Positions 38,620-51,053 of a stretch of 64,000 nt of DNA are shown piece after piece. Positions within the stretch are counted from its first letter, which is position 1. Every line of letters begins with the position of its first letter. The DNA comes from a virus (lineage: Duplodnaviria; Caudoviricetes). The position numbers and the translations under genes are program-made. The notes under the pieces are model-generated. The model had not been told where the DNA came from, searched no databases, and saw only the letters and a program-made list of their open reading frames with translations. The stretch lies in the IMG/VR virus record IMGVR_UViG_3300035505_000178. One strand, written 5' to 3'.

Positions 38620-38881
38620 TTGCTGGGAATTTACCAGTTACGTTATAATGTTTAATTTTAATCATTTTAGAAGCACGTATCTATTCTTTAATAAATTTAA
38701 GATACTCTTCATCTGGCAAATCTGCCATAAACACTATAGGATTTTCAGTATTATTTAAATTAAATGCTACCTTATATCCTTCGGGTTCTAAATCTTCTAT
38801 TTTTAATCTTCCGTTATATTCAGCTTTATAAATTTCTCTAATATAACCTAGGATCGCTTGTTTCAACTCTGTATGGGTCAT
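38585..38881 (-). CDS. small conserved protein between TerL and portal, 98 aa (TAG=Gln)
   Basis: MTHTELKQAILGYIREIYKAEYNG... Confidence 0.6.
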
Positions 38882-41153
38882 CTTCTTCGATTCTAATATT
38901 AAATGTAGGTTGATATCTCTATTTAGGAATTGCTCCAAAATGTCGATAACCTTTTTCATCTTTATACCATCCAATATCTTCAAATTCTTCAACATCTTTT
39001 TTAACTACAGAAGGCTACCTTCCAGATAATTCCTAATCTGCTAAGAATGTCATACCTAAGGCAGCAATAATATCGAACTTTGTTTTATTCTCATCGTTGT
39101 AAGAATTTAACTGTTCAAGTATTTCTTCAAACCAGATTGTATGACAATAATCTTCAACAAAATCAGCAGTTAAATCTGTATGTTGTTCAATGATAGCTTT
39201 AGTTGCTGGAGTTCCATATGATTTACTATTACCATTCTTTACATCAGCAAGAGTGGCTCTAGGTCTACGCATAAAATAACTTAAACAATTATTTTCTCTA
39301 GCCCAAGTTACCATTGCCATACGAGTTGCCTCAATATTTATTCTACAATTATAATATCTACATAAGCACATTGCAATTTTATATGCTTCTCTAATATTCT
39401 ATGGTCTATCTTTATACATACATACAATCATAGGTTCAGCTAAACCATATGCACGTTTTAAAATAGTAATACAGAAGTCAGAAGGAGATCTAGTTTGACT
39501 AGAAGTTTGTGCTGCACCAATATCAATACCATCAATACCAGCAACATATAAATCTCGTAATTCTGTATAGTTGCGAGCTTCAAATTCTTCTCCAGCAGCT
39601 TCAGCTTTTATTTGTTTAGCTTTCTAATCTTCTTTATAAAGATCTGACCATACTGGATGCTCAAGTATTTGAACTTTTCCATTTTTATCAGGAATCCATC
39701 TAAAACCATTTATATTGTCGAAAGTATGTTTGTTATTTTTAAAAGCATAAACTAACAATCCTTTCTCAGGTCTTGGACCACGCTTATGTAATTTTATTTC
39801 TGCTAACTAATTAGCAATATTTGTTTTATTAAATTTGTTTACACCTTCAAGACTAAATGCTTCTTCTGCAGTCCAGCATCGCTCAGCACATTTTTTAGGA
39901 TACTCATTAGGTAAAGCTAACAAGTGATTTCTCTCTTCCTATAATACTTCTTTATATTCTTTAGTGTTACATACTCCACGATTATCCATATATTTTGGAT
40001 TCAATGCTTGTATATAATAAGGAATAAAGAATCCTGTCTCTACTGAAGTACCATCAGCAGTATATGTGTGTCTATAAGGTAATATTTTAAAAGCTCTTGG
40101 ATGATAGTAAATCTCTTTTAGTCCTTCTAGAGCTGTACCAGAATCACCACCAGTACCACCAAACACCATAGTTCCACGAGGAACACCTTGTATTTCACAA
40201 AGCTCTTGTCCTTGTACTACAGCTGTTGTTAAATCAGGCCAAGAACCACTTTCATCATATATTAATAAGTCTACACGATCACCACGAATATTAGAAGCTT
40301 TACTTCCATTAATTCCAATGACTGTAGACTAAAAACCAGATGGTTCAAACTAACCATTCACTTTTGTATAAACACCAGAAGTTTTTTGTAAATCTTGATC
40401 GACAATACGAGGTTTAGCAAATCCTCCTTGTGTTTTAGTGTTTAAAAATGTAAGAGCATGAGTAAACTTGCTAAATGTTCCTTTTAAGAATTTATCGTTA
40501 TAGCAAGTAATCATGGTTCTACTTTTTCTAATAGTACTATACATTCTTGCAGACAAAGATGCCATAATTTCTGAAAATCCAATTGAACGAGCTTTCATCA
40601 TTGCCACATGTTTATGCAATATACGTGCCATCTAAAGATAGTGAAAGAATGTATAATGTGAAGCAAAGAAGATAGGAAAATCATCATTAGTACCATAACC
40701 TGATGCTTGAGACTAATTAACTGAAGGTAATTGATAAAAATTTAAAAAGAAATAATTATCTCCAGTAATAGTATATCCATTTACAGAATATCCATATTTA
40801 CAACGAAGATATTGCTCTTTCCAAAATTCATTATATCTTTTACTACCTTTTAAATGCTAAGTGTATTTACCAGTACGTTTATATTCTTCTCTAGCTTCGG
40901 TAAACCAATCTGGATTAAAGTCTAATCCTTTAGTTTCTGTTAAAGGTCTATAACCTGTAATCTCATAAGAAAGTTCTGGATCAAATACTTCTATAGGATC
41001 TTCTTTTCTAACATCCCAATAATCTTTATTATAAGATCTCTCAATTCTTATTTGTTCTACTAATTCTTTTGCTTCTTGTATATCTTGTTTTTCTAGATTA
41101 TCAGCTATCTCCTAAATAATTTCCTAAGCCTAGTCTACTATTCTTTTAGCCAT
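38826..41153 (-). CDS. terL: terminase large subunit, 775 aa (TAG=Gln)
   Basis: KARSIGFS Walker A, LLIYDESG Walker B, GGTGGD coupling motif, YVAGIDGID and KFDIIAA nuclease motifs; three track ORFs in one frame. Confidence 0.9.
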
Positions 41154-41155
41154 AA

Positions 41156-41716
41156 TTAAATATCTCCTGGATCAAATCCATCTTCAATTCCAGCACGATT
41201 AACAGATTGTTCAGTTAATTCTTTCTTAACCTAATCTTCTAGAATTATTAATTCTTCATGTACCTTATGTAAAGTGGACATTTCCTTCATTACTTTTTCT
41301 GCCTGAAATACAGGCTTACCATTTGCATCACGTTCATTTAAATCCACAATCGTATCAAAGTAATCTATAAACTAATCACAAGCACGTCTTGCAGCCTATA
41401 ATAATTTAATAGATTTATTTGAATCTTGTAGTTCCCTATACTTCCTACAAGCAGCTCGAAAATCAGGATTGTTAAATTCTTCTTCTGTTATTCCAGAATC
41501 TTCTATAGCTTCCTAATGTCGTTCCTATTCTGAATACTAACTATAAGGACTTTTCCAATCTATAGCAAGATAAATATAAGTTAATTCTCTAGTTGCTCTT
41601 TCTTTAAATTTACTTTTATCTCTTTTTATTAGATTGGAAAATTCCTTAGTTAATAATAGTTCAGGTTCATTTAATTCAAGTTGCTTGTCTACATTATCAT
41701 AAACAAAAACATTCAT
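41156..41716 (-). CDS. conserved protein upstream of TerL (possible small terminase), 186 aa (TAG=Gln)
   Basis: MNVFVYDN...YIYLAIDWKSPY...AACRKY; position directly before TerL. Confidence 0.55.
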
Positions 41717-41739
41717 TAATCATTAATTTTATATTTTAA

Positions 41740-43701
41740 TTATTTATCAGATCCTATAGGATACCTTTCACGTAAACGTTCGTTACGAAGACTATCAACC
41801 TATTCTTTAGTTGTTCCAAACATGTTATATACATTTTCATCAGATGCTAAAGTACCACGACCTGCAATTCCAAGAGTAGGTCGTGTAAAACTATATAAAA
41901 CAGGGTAAGTAATATCTTCCATTGTTTTAGCATGTGCTATCTTTCGTGCATTATTTGCATTTTTCATTACATATGCTGCCTTACTTGCTTTACTGAGTTT
42001 TGCTGCAACATTAGCAGCTTTTGCTGCAGTAGTTGCTGCTTTTATTTCAGGTCCAACTAATGGAAGTACCATAGATAAATCACCTAATAAAGATAACCCA
42101 GTCCACCCTGCTTGTTCCCATGAAGGATGATCGTATAACTATTTAGCTTCTTTATATGTACCAAAGATAGGAATTGCTCTTTGAACAAGTTCAAGTCCTT
42201 CCTATCCTTTAGGAATTAAATCTTTTTTTTTTACTTGAGTGCCACAAGCTGCTTTCTTAACATTACGATATTTGTTTTTAAATTCTTCAACCTCATCCAT
42301 TTGTTTTTCAACCATCTTGTTACCATCTTGGTTTTTCTTCATACAAGCTTTACAAATACGTCCACCTTTCTTATAATAACCCATTTCATATTCATCTGGA
42401 CATTTATTTTGTAAGAAATTAATATAATCAAGTTTTATTCCAAATTTAGCTTTACGTTGCTTAGCCTATTGAAATTGTTGATATATTTTTTGTAATCCTT
42501 GTTTACCTTTCTTTTGAGCATATGCTTGAAGTTCTTCTTCGCTAGTAATATTTTCATTATCTACTTGTTTAGCATAAGCTACTAAATATTGCATAAATTC
42601 TTTCTAATCGTCTTCGTTCATAGTTCCTCCTTGTTGATTTTTTTTAATATATTCATTGTGATTAAAAAATGACTTATTGTTATTTGTTTTATAATACTAA
42701 TTAAACCAAGTATTAAAAGCATTGTCTAAAGCAATATCTATTTCAGTATTACTTTTTCCTTGTTTTTTTAAGTAATCAATTATACGTTGTTTATAATTAT
42801 ATTCAAAATCACTTTTAGCTGCACTTTTATCATAATAACCTCTTGCTAATGCTAAATACGGAGAAGTTGTAGTTGTTTCAGTATTTCCATCAGTTCTATT
42901 TGTAGTCGAATGAGGAATAGCCCATTCTAAATAAGGAAAGAATTGATCTTTTAATTCTTGATTATCATAAGTTTCTATAGCTTCATCAGTTTTACTTGTA
43001 TTTGAAGGAGTAACAACCTATTCAGGTTTAGGTTTAGGTTTAATAACTGGTTTAACATAACTAGCTACAGCCTAATCAAAATCCATTAGATTTCCTGTTT
43101 TATTAATATAATCTTGATATGCTTTCTAAGTATTAGCTCCCCATTTACCGTCTTCTAATAATTTGTGACCATTTGTTCCTAAATAACCAAGTCTATTTAA
43201 CTATTGTTGAATAGCTATTACTTGCTCAGGACTTGCGCCCATATTCTAAGCATTCTGATTCCACTATCCGTTTACTATTTGATTCTTAGCTTCCCACTAA
43301 CCTTGATTATTAAAATTGAAATATTTTTCTTTTTCTAAAGAATTATCTTCCATTTGCTAAGCAAGAGTATCATCTTCATTAGTAAGAGGATAAAATTGAG
43401 TAACAGGTTTAGGAGTTCTTTGTTTTATATATTGTTCACGTCTAGCTCTTTCACCTGCAGCCCAATCGTCATCAAACTAAGAATCAAAATAAGAACGAGC
43501 TTTCTTTAAATTGACATTATTGTTAGAATTTGCAGTTAATTCTCCTAAATAATTTTTCCATCGTTCGTTATATGCTTTTTCTCGTCCAGCATTTGCATCA
43601 AATCCATCATCTAAATTTGTTGTTGTATTCTAATTTAGATTTAATATTCCAAATGGGTCTTTAACAGAATATTTTGAAAAATCATAATTACCTAATCCCA
43701 T
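41740..43701 (-). CDS. multidomain protein with peptidoglycan-binding domain, 653 aa (TAG=Gln)
   Basis: QVIAIQQ(Q)LNRLGYLG...EDGKWGANT(Q)KAYQDY; in frame with track ORFs 42202-42384 and 41800-42072; could be two genes with a second start at 42621. Confidence 0.6.
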
Positions 43702-43703
43702 AA

Positions 43704-43907
43704 TTAAGCTAACTTTAAATCCTTGGTACTAAATACAGCTTCTTGTAATAAACCAGAAGTTGTAAACCATCTGCAACGTATTCCTTTTAATCCAGAATTA
43801 TCTTTAAATAATGCTAGCTCTTTTCTCAGAACTAGCATTTTAGGAGATTCTATTTGTCTTAATACAACAACATCTCCTGGGTGAAAATATATTTTATCCT
43901 CTTCCAT
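43704..43907 (-). CDS. DUF2158/YodC-like small protein
   Basis: FHPGDVVVL...SPKMLV...CRWF...F pattern. Confidence 0.55.
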   Translation of the reverse strand: MEEDKIYFHPGDVVVLRQIESPKMLVLRKELALFKDNSGLKGIRCRWFTTSGLLQEAVFSTKDLKLA

Positions 43908-44469
43908 TTTTACGTTCTGTTAATCCACTGTTAACTACAGCCATGATACGAGTTTCATTAACTGTTACGAAACCTTGTTTAAAGAACGGTATTTGATTTT
44001 CACAAGCCACTGTAAAGAACACTAAGTCACCAGTTTTTAAGAACTTAACTTCTGGACCAGTTTCAATAACAGTACCTACTTTAATAAATGGACTATCTTC
44101 TTCCTCTTGACCAGTTTCCTGATTTTTGTGAGTTTGAACCGAACCTCCACCTAAATCTACAATAATACCAGATTTTGTAACCTCAACTCTTTGGAATGGA
44201 TTTTCATTAAAAGGTTTAATAAGTACATAACTTCCAAGAGGCATAATCTCAAGACCATTCATATCCTCAGATATTTCTTTAGCATAATTTTCAAGAGCTT
44301 GATTATGTTTCTCAAATTTGTCTATATATTCATCTACCTTAGTGTTGAACTTTTCTTGTTGCTCTCTAAGAAGTGTTTTGTGTGCTTCTTCGCCATTTAA
44401 AACAAAATGTTGTCCTGTACCTTCCATTCCAGTAACCATGTCTGCAATTTTTTGATTTTGATTTCTCAT
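43894..44469 (-). CDS. GroES-like co-chaperonin
   Basis: IMPLGSYVLIKP...TKSGII...GTVIETGPEVKFLKTGDLVFF. Confidence 0.75.
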   Translation of the reverse strand: MRNQNQKIADMVTGMEGTGQHFVLNGEEAHKTLLREQQEKFNTKVDEYIDKFEKHNQALENYAKEISEDMNGLEIMPLGSYVLIKPFNENPFQRVEVTKSGIIVDLGGGSVQTHKNQETGQEEEDSPFIKVGTVIETGPEVKFLKTGDLVFFTVACENQIPFFKQGFVTVNETRIMAVVNSGLTERKNGRG

Positions 44470-44473
44470 AAGT

Positions 44474-44710
44474 TTACCATTTATTCATTTCACATTTTTC
44501 ATTAAATAATCTAGTCTTATTGTCTAATATACATCCGCATATTCCACATACATCTCCAATAATTTTTATATTCTATTTTTCTCTACACTTGTCACATATT
44601 TTAAGTCTATCTTTAGACATCTCTTCTTCTTTATTTGTTAATTTATAATAAATACTTTTAAGTATTCTAAAAGGATGTTTAAAAATAGCAATAATCCATT
44701 TAATTACCAT
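44474..44710 (-). CDS. Cys-rich small protein, 78 aa (one TAG)
   Basis: RLKICDKC...CGICGC...K.R...C..NKW; paralog of 44704-44937. Confidence 0.65.
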
Positions 44711-44937
44711 TTGTCTATAATACAATGATTTTCTCGTCTTTGAACTTTAGTTGGAATATAACACCCACAACCTTTTACATATCCTTTTTTAGGTTTATCA
44801 CTAACATCATCATTGTCAGGATTTATATATAAATATTGATTACAAGTATCACTATCATAATTATAAATAGGACAGTGCATACAAATATTTAATCTATCAT
44901 CAATACTCAATTCTTTGGCGTTTTCTTTTGTTTTCAT
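44704..44937 (-). CDS. Cys-rich small protein
   Basis: RLNICMHC...GCGC...C..DKW. Confidence 0.65.
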   Translation of the reverse strand: MKTKENAKELSIDDRLNICMHCPIYNYDSDTCNQYLYINPDNDDVSDKPKKGYVKGCGCYIPTKVQRRENHCIIDKW

Positions 44938-45808
44938 TTAATATACTCTCCTTTTTATAAAAACGTAACATTTTAACAACTTCATCTTTTAAATAAGGTA
45001 AATGATATACAGTCATATTATCATTATGATCAAAGTGAATTAAAACTAAATCTTCAATTTCAAAACTAGGATTTAATTGTTGAATCATAACAGCATATGT
45101 ACTTAACTGCATTGTATAATGCCAATAATTAACATCATCTAAATTATTTAATGGGTATTTCATTTTAGTTGTAGACTTTGTTTTACTATTATAGAAACTC
45201 TTTTGTTCGATTTTCTTATTCGTTTTATAGTCTCCGATTACGATTTTATTACCTTTTTTGATTAATAAATCAATTTGTCCTGCTACGTTTAATTGACCAT
45301 CTTTAGAAGACCAAGAAATAAGATATTCTGGATATATTCCGTTCTCTAAGTCTAAATCAGTTTTACCTTTAACACATTCAAATTTTCCTCCAATTTGAAA
45401 TTTGCTAATGTCAATGTTATGTTTAGCTTTATAAAATGAATTTTCTAAATCTGCATGAATCTTTGTTCCTCTTTCACAAGAGTTTGTATTCTCTGCTTGC
45501 CATTCATCTAAAATTGCTTGTTGTTCTCTATTAAAATCATTTTCAGAAATATCATATAAATCAAGAATAGATTTATCAAATTTCTTAGAATTTAATAAAG
45601 ACTTTTTCTCAATATTCCAAGATTCTTTAGGTAAAAGTTTCTCTAATGCTTTATAAGCAGACCAGAAATCTTTATCAAAATCATTGGTAAAACTATGTAT
45701 CATAGTAGTAACTGATACAAAATTTTTTCTAGGATTAGTAACATCAAAGTATTTATGAGTTTCCTCAACAAATGCAATGTTACCGTTCTGTTTAGTAATT
45801 TCTTCCAT
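44900..45808 (-). CDS. PD-(D/E)XK nuclease
   Basis: SVTT...GTKIH...AGQIDLL...GDYKT...QLSTY motifs. Confidence 0.85.
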   Translation of the reverse strand: MEEITKQNGNIAFVEETHKYFDVTNPRKNFVSVTTMIHSFTNDFDKDFWSAYKALEKLLPKESWNIEKKSLLNSKKFDKSILDLYDISENDFNREQQAILDEWQAENTNSCERGTKIHADLENSFYKAKHNIDISKFQIGGKFECVKGKTDLDLENGIYPEYLISWSSKDGQLNVAGQIDLLIKKGNKIVIGDYKTNKKIEQKSFYNSKTKSTTKMKYPLNNLDDVNYWHYTMQLSTYAVMIQQLNPSFEIEDLVLIHFDHNDNMTVYHLPYLKDEVVKMLRFYKKESILNENKRKRQRIEY

Positions 45809-45935
45809 TTATTTTTCTCATTTTACATTAATCATATATCATTTTAATCTAAATAAATTTTGTATTTAACAATAATATAAATATATATGATATTGTACAA
45901 ATAATTAACCATATTATTACATATAATTTAAACAA
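45809..45935. promoter_or_regulatory. divergent AT-rich promoter region
   Basis: strand switch; minus-strand TTTG-20 nt-TATTATTG. Confidence 0.45.
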
Positions 45936-46568
45936 ATGAATTATTTTTAGGACTTTACCTTATCTTTTCTTAAAGATGGATCTAAAATTCACATTAAAGA
46001 AGAAAATAAAGGTAAATTTACAGAGTCAGCTAAAAGGGCAGGTGAATCTGTTTAGGAACATGCTCATAAAGTTCTAAATAATCCTCACGCAACTAAATTA
46101 CAAAAGAAAAGAGCGTAGTTTGCAGTTAATGCGAAGAAATGGAAAGCTTAGGACGGAATGAAAATTAATCCTTATGATGCTGGTAATCTAACTGAAACAA
46201 TGTATAAAAATTTTAGTTTTGAAGATTATGGAGAACCGTGGCACCATTATAAGTTTACTATTCCAGAATAGTTAGCAGACAAACTAGGATATTTACCAGA
46301 TGAAAGAGGTCATAGAGATGATAGAGTTAAACTTATTACACATCCAAGTTCTCCTTATAGAGGAAAATGGAAATCACTGTATTAGTTTGATTTAACAGAT
46401 TTTGGTATGAATAATCCTAATCATACAATATTTGGATTAGCAGATGGTGGACAAGACCCACAAGCTGTAGTTACATATAAAGGAGGAATAGTACTTCCAG
46501 AAATTACTGTAACACCTAAAAGTAAATATGTAATGAATCCATATGATAATAGAAAGTTTTATTTATGA
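45936..46568 (+). CDS. crAss-like virion/cargo-type protein, 210 aa (TAG=Gln)
   Basis: KIHIKEENKGKFT...SV(Q)EHA...KRA(Q)FAVNAKKWK...LPEITVTP; absent from the standard-code track. Confidence 0.7.
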
Positions 46569-46750
46569 CGTATCAACAATCTAAAGAAAAAGCAAAAGAA
46601 GGTAAGATAATAATGTTACCAAATTATGTAGGATATTTTAATTGGGATTATGGTATAGAAAATTTAGTATTCCACAATAATACATATATTTGTGTAGCTG
46701 ATGATTTAGATAATATTAAAAACAGAAACGATTTTTATTATATTATATGA
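46565..46750 (+). CDS. hypothetical protein, 61 aa
   Basis: track ORF with ATGA overlaps on both sides. Confidence 0.6.
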   Translation: MTYQQSKEKAKEGKIIMLPNYVGYFNWDYGIENLVFHNNTYICVADDLDNIKNRNDFYYII

Positions 46751-47382
46751 CAGACTGGATTAATGGATGGATTCCAGAAAGAAAACGACAAGATTATTAT
46801 GATAGAATAAATCCAGGTGCTGGATTTGGACCATTTGCATTTATAGGATAGGGATTTAAATATTATTTAGGAGATGGAAGTAGTAGACAAAAAGCAACTC
46901 CAGAATCAGAAGCTAGATGGGCAGCATATTTAGGGCTACCTTATGATAAGTCTAAAGCTCCTGACACTAAAATAAGATTTGAACACGATAAAGATTATCC
47001 TGACCGATAGTATCAAGGATTAAGTGAAGATGCTAAAAATGAAATAAGAGAAAGGATAATTCCAGTACTTGAAGATAATGAATTGAAAGAAGGATGGACT
47101 TAGGTAATAGGAGACAACAATCCTATAAAAAGAAAAGCTAAATTTACTAAAGATAAAACTGTAATATATCCTAGACAAGATCATACTGATGATCTTGAAA
47201 GTTTTGGAATTAGAGAAGTAGGAAATTCTGGAATTTATGAAGTAGGAGATAAATATGATTTTCCTTGGTATGTTCCAATTCCAGATAGACCAGAAGGAAG
47301 AGAACTAATGATTAGAGATACTATATGGAGCCCAAGAGCTAATCCAAAAGAATATAAAAAATTAGTTAAAAAAAGACAATGA
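46747..47382 (+). CDS. hypothetical protein, 211 aa (TAG=Gln)
   Basis: MTDWINGWIPE...D.YDF; open with TAG read-through; ATGA overlaps. Confidence 0.6.
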
Positions 47383-47693
47383 AAATAATCTACAATAAAA
47401 TAATTCCGTTTCCAGGTTATAAAGCAATAAACTTATTTGGAATATTATTTGCTAGAAAGAATGCAAAGATAGATTAGAAAACTATCAATCATGAATCTAT
47501 TCACACAACTTAGATGAAAGAGATGTTATATATTCCTTTTTATATTTGGTATTTAATTGAATATATAATTCTCCTTATAAAGAAAGATAAGAATCCTTAT
47601 AGAAATATCCGATTTGAAAAGGAAGCTTATTTATATCAAGATGATGATGAATATTTGAAACATAGAACACATTTTGTATGGGCAAGCTTGTAA
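47379..47693 (+). CDS. HExxH zinc-metallopeptidase-like protein, 104 aa (TAG=Gln)
   Basis: INHESIHTT(Q)MKEMLYIPFYIWY...FEKEAY. Confidence 0.7.
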
Positions 47694-48559
47694 AAAGATG
47701 TCAAACTGGTTCAGTACTTGATACTCCTTGGAGTAACTATATGGAAGAATTAAAAACTACTGATCCAGATAAGTATAATTAAATACAATATAATAAAGCT
47801 CGCAATAAAGCTCCACATAGCGAAATAGTAACCTATACTGACGCTTCTGGTAAAACTGTTAGAAGAGGAAATACTGGAGCTGGATATGTAAGTGGCAATG
47901 ATCCTGTAGGAGATTTTATTGTTACAGGTGCTGTGTTAGGTAAGCCTTTAAGTTGGGTTGGTGGTAAAGCAGTAGACTTAGGATTAGGAATTGCTGGTAA
48001 ATATGGAAGTGGAACTGTTCAATAGGCTGCTAGAAATAGACTTGTTGGTAGAGTAATGAGCAGACAAACTCCAGAAACTCCTCAAACTATATTCTTTAAT
48101 AATGTAGGTTGGGGTCCGAAAGAAACTATGAATGTAGTTCATAAATCTTTATCTGCTGAACCTCTTAAATTATATAATCCTAATAGATATGATGTTGTTA
48201 ATGAAGGAGCTAATCCTCATGGTATTTGGTACACTATAAATCAAGGAGTTGAAAGAACTGCTAAAAATTCTACTCCAGAAAAAGCTGTTAAAGCTGCAAA
48301 TACAAGAAAAATGTTTGCTAAACGTCCTTATACTCATGAAGGAGAATTAACTTTAGATAAACCTATGGTTACTGTAGGTGATGTTCCAGATAGATCATAT
48401 TTAAGTTATTATGCAGATAATGCTGGAGCTGATGGATTAATTTATAATGATATTTATGACAATGGATATAATCATGCTAGAGAAGTATTATCTTATAAAC
48501 TTCATGATAATTAGCCATTAAATATTCCGTCAAATAATAAAGAACTTATATATAAATAA
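47678..48559 (+). pseudogene. 293-codon gene interrupted by one in-frame TAA (47780-47782)
   Basis: MGKLVKRCQTG... continues in frame through the TAA into track ORF 48056-48514. Confidence 0.5.
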
Positions 48560-48568
48560 AAATAGAAA

Positions 48569-49396
48569 ATGATAAAAAATAAGCTTATAAAAAGATATTA
48601 TGAAGGTGGTAAAAGTATACTAAATAAAGAACCAGCTGCTGTAGATAATACTTATGTAAGAAAACCTGAAATATTTACTCCTATAAAAGTTAAAGATAAA
48701 GAAGCAGAAGCCATTAAAGAAAGAATACGTGTAGCAGAAGAATGGCAAAGACAAAATAGTGTAAATCCAGAGGTTTATGATATATTTGAAAATCCTAAAA
48801 AATCTGCTATAATAGAGGCAAAACTAAAATCACGTCGATTTAATAGTATTCCTTATATTAAGGATGATGAAATAATGCTTAGGACAGGTAAATACAATAC
48901 AGGTAAAATAAGTAAAAATGTATTGGATTCTATTTATGCTTCTTCACAAAGAACTGGAGTTCCTATTGAAATTCCTATGGGAATAGCTGGAGTTGAAAGT
49001 ACTTTAGGAATAGGATATGGATTTAAAGAAGGTCGTCCAATTTCAAGTACTGAATTAGTCTCTAATTGGCAGCAATTTGGACTGAATACAGAAAAAGTAT
49101 CTGAAGTAAATAAATATAATGATATTTATCATAAATATTTAAAAGGTGAAAGATTATCTGATTCTGAAATTGAATTTGTAAAAAAGCGGGAAGAAAAGAA
49201 TAATGTTAATCTAAAAAATGTGGAAGCCGTAAAAGAACTTAAAGAAAATCCCATTGATAATGCTGTTAGATATTTCTTAAAGGGGAAGTATAATCCAGAA
49301 GAACCTGGATACAATGATAAAGTAAGAACAGAGGGCAAACTTTTAATGACAGACCCAGCTATTAAGAAATGGTACAATAATAAAATTAAGAAGTAA
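48569..49396 (+). CDS. virion/cargo-type protein, possible lysozyme-like fold, 275 aa
   Basis: track ORF; GVPIEIPMGIAGVESTLG resembles the SLT catalytic ES motif. Confidence 0.55.
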   Translation: MIKNKLIKRYYEGGKSILNKEPAAVDNTYVRKPEIFTPIKVKDKEAEAIKERIRVAEEWQRQNSVNPEVYDIFENPKKSAIIEAKLKSRRFNSIPYIKDDEIMLRTGKYNTGKISKNVLDSIYASSQRTGVPIEIPMGIAGVESTLGIGYGFKEGRPISSTELVSNWQQFGLNTEKVSEVNKYNDIYHKYLKGERLSDSEIEFVKKREEKNNVNLKNVEAVKELKENPIDNAVRYFLKGKYNPEEPGYNDKVRTEGKLLMTDPAIKKWYNNKIKK

Positions 49397-49400
49397 ATAC

Positions 49401-51053
49401 ATGACAAAACTTATAAAGAGATACTAGCAAGGAGGGGTCAATGAATATACTATATAGCCTGGCGACAATTTAAGTATAATTGCAAAAAATAACAATGTTA
49501 AATTAAACGATTTAATAAGTCTTAATAATATATAGGATCGCAATTTTATAAGAGTTGGACAAAAATTAAAACTTCCTCAATCGGTAAAAAAGTTTAATGA
49601 TTAGACTACTACTGAATATATTATACAGCCAGGTGATAATTTAAGTACGATTGCTAAGAACAACAATGTTAATTTAGATGATTTAATACGTCTTAATGGT
49701 ATACAAAACACCAATCTTATTGGAGTTGGTTAGAAATTAAAAATTCCTCAATATAAACCTACTTATTAGGTAAGAAGTTTTAATGATATTTAGTAGATAG
49801 AATCTAATTTAAATTAGAAAAGTGATATTGATATTATTAATACTTATCATGCAACTAAATAGGATAATACTCCTTATATAATAGACGATAAGAAGAACAA
49901 TAAACTAAATGTATATATTAATGGAAAATTGATTAAATCGTTTAATGCTATACATGGAAAATATTCTAATTCTTTTGGAAATACTTATAATAAAAAAACA
50001 AAAACTGGATATTAGCAAACTGATATTGATCCAGATGAAATGACTATAACCTATGTTGATAGTAAAGGAAATATAAAGAATTTAGCTGGTAATCTTACAA
50101 CTCCTGCAGGAATATACTTCTCTAGTAGAAGTAATAACTATCATGGAGCACCTTCTTATATAAGAAGAACTCAACAACAGATAGATTCTAAAAATAATTT
50201 AGGTATTCCATCATCTATACATGCAAGAACTATAAGAGAAGGCGCTAATACTAATGGGTGTACTGGATTATCTAATGAAGACTTACATAAGTTATCTAAG
50301 CTATTAGATGGATATGATAATGTTCCAACTTATATTCTTCCTTCTAATCCACAGAATAGATTTATGATTAGAAATGGATAGCTTTAGTTTAATTCACATG
50401 ATGCTAGTAAAACACCAAATCATTTTACTATAGACTATTCTCCTATTAAGTCAATTAAGTATTCTGCTACAGGATTAGATTCACATTAGAGAGAAGTATA
50501 TAGTGGATTCTCTAAAGGATTAATGCAAAATAAGACTAATCTTTAGAAAGATTTAGGTATTAATAATGATACTTATATACAATTATCTTAGGCTGCGTTA
50601 GGTATATTAGGAGCTGAATCTTAGTATGGATAGAAACATAGTCCTCTTATGAATTTCGCAAGAGCTGCTCATAAATTTATCTCTCATAATAATAGTTCTC
50701 CAGATATTTATAGTAAATATACTACATACGGAGCTAATAAAGATAATAATTCTATAGGATTGACTTAGATACGTTTAAAACGAGAAGAAAATGGTAAATT
50801 AGTAGATAATTTATCTGAAAGATCTAAAGCTCTATTTAAAAAGTATAATATTACAAAAGATGATTTAGTGAATAGTCCAGAAAAAGCAGCTATTGCTACT
50901 ATGATAATATTGGGAGATAATTATTTAAATAGAGGTAGGACAGTTTAGAAAGCTGTTGCTTCTTGGAATCCAAGATAGAATTATTACGATAGAGTAATGA
51001 ATAATTCTAAAAGAGCAGTATTCAGTTAGAATTATCTTAATTTTAAAACATAA
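49401..51053 (+). CDS. LysM-LysM / L,D-transpeptidase (YkuD)-like / SLT-like peptidoglycan enzyme, 550 aa (TAG=Gln)
   Basis: two Y.I(Q)PGDNLS.IAK.N LysM repeats; TTPAGIY...IH...TNGC; GILGAES(Q)YG...GLT(Q)I...PEKAAIAT. Confidence 0.75.

Noticed and set aside
36469-41153. Introns or inteins in terminase and portal
   Set aside because: Single continuous frames of expected length; no group I core or intein motifs seen.
1443-44400. Plus-strand track ORFs (1443, 2354, 2705, 3547, 5760, 7786, 9893, 11540, 13573, 19026, 19247, 21927, 22666, 25765, 28846, 44191)
   Set aside because: Antisense shadows of well-supported minus-strand genes, without recognisable motifs.
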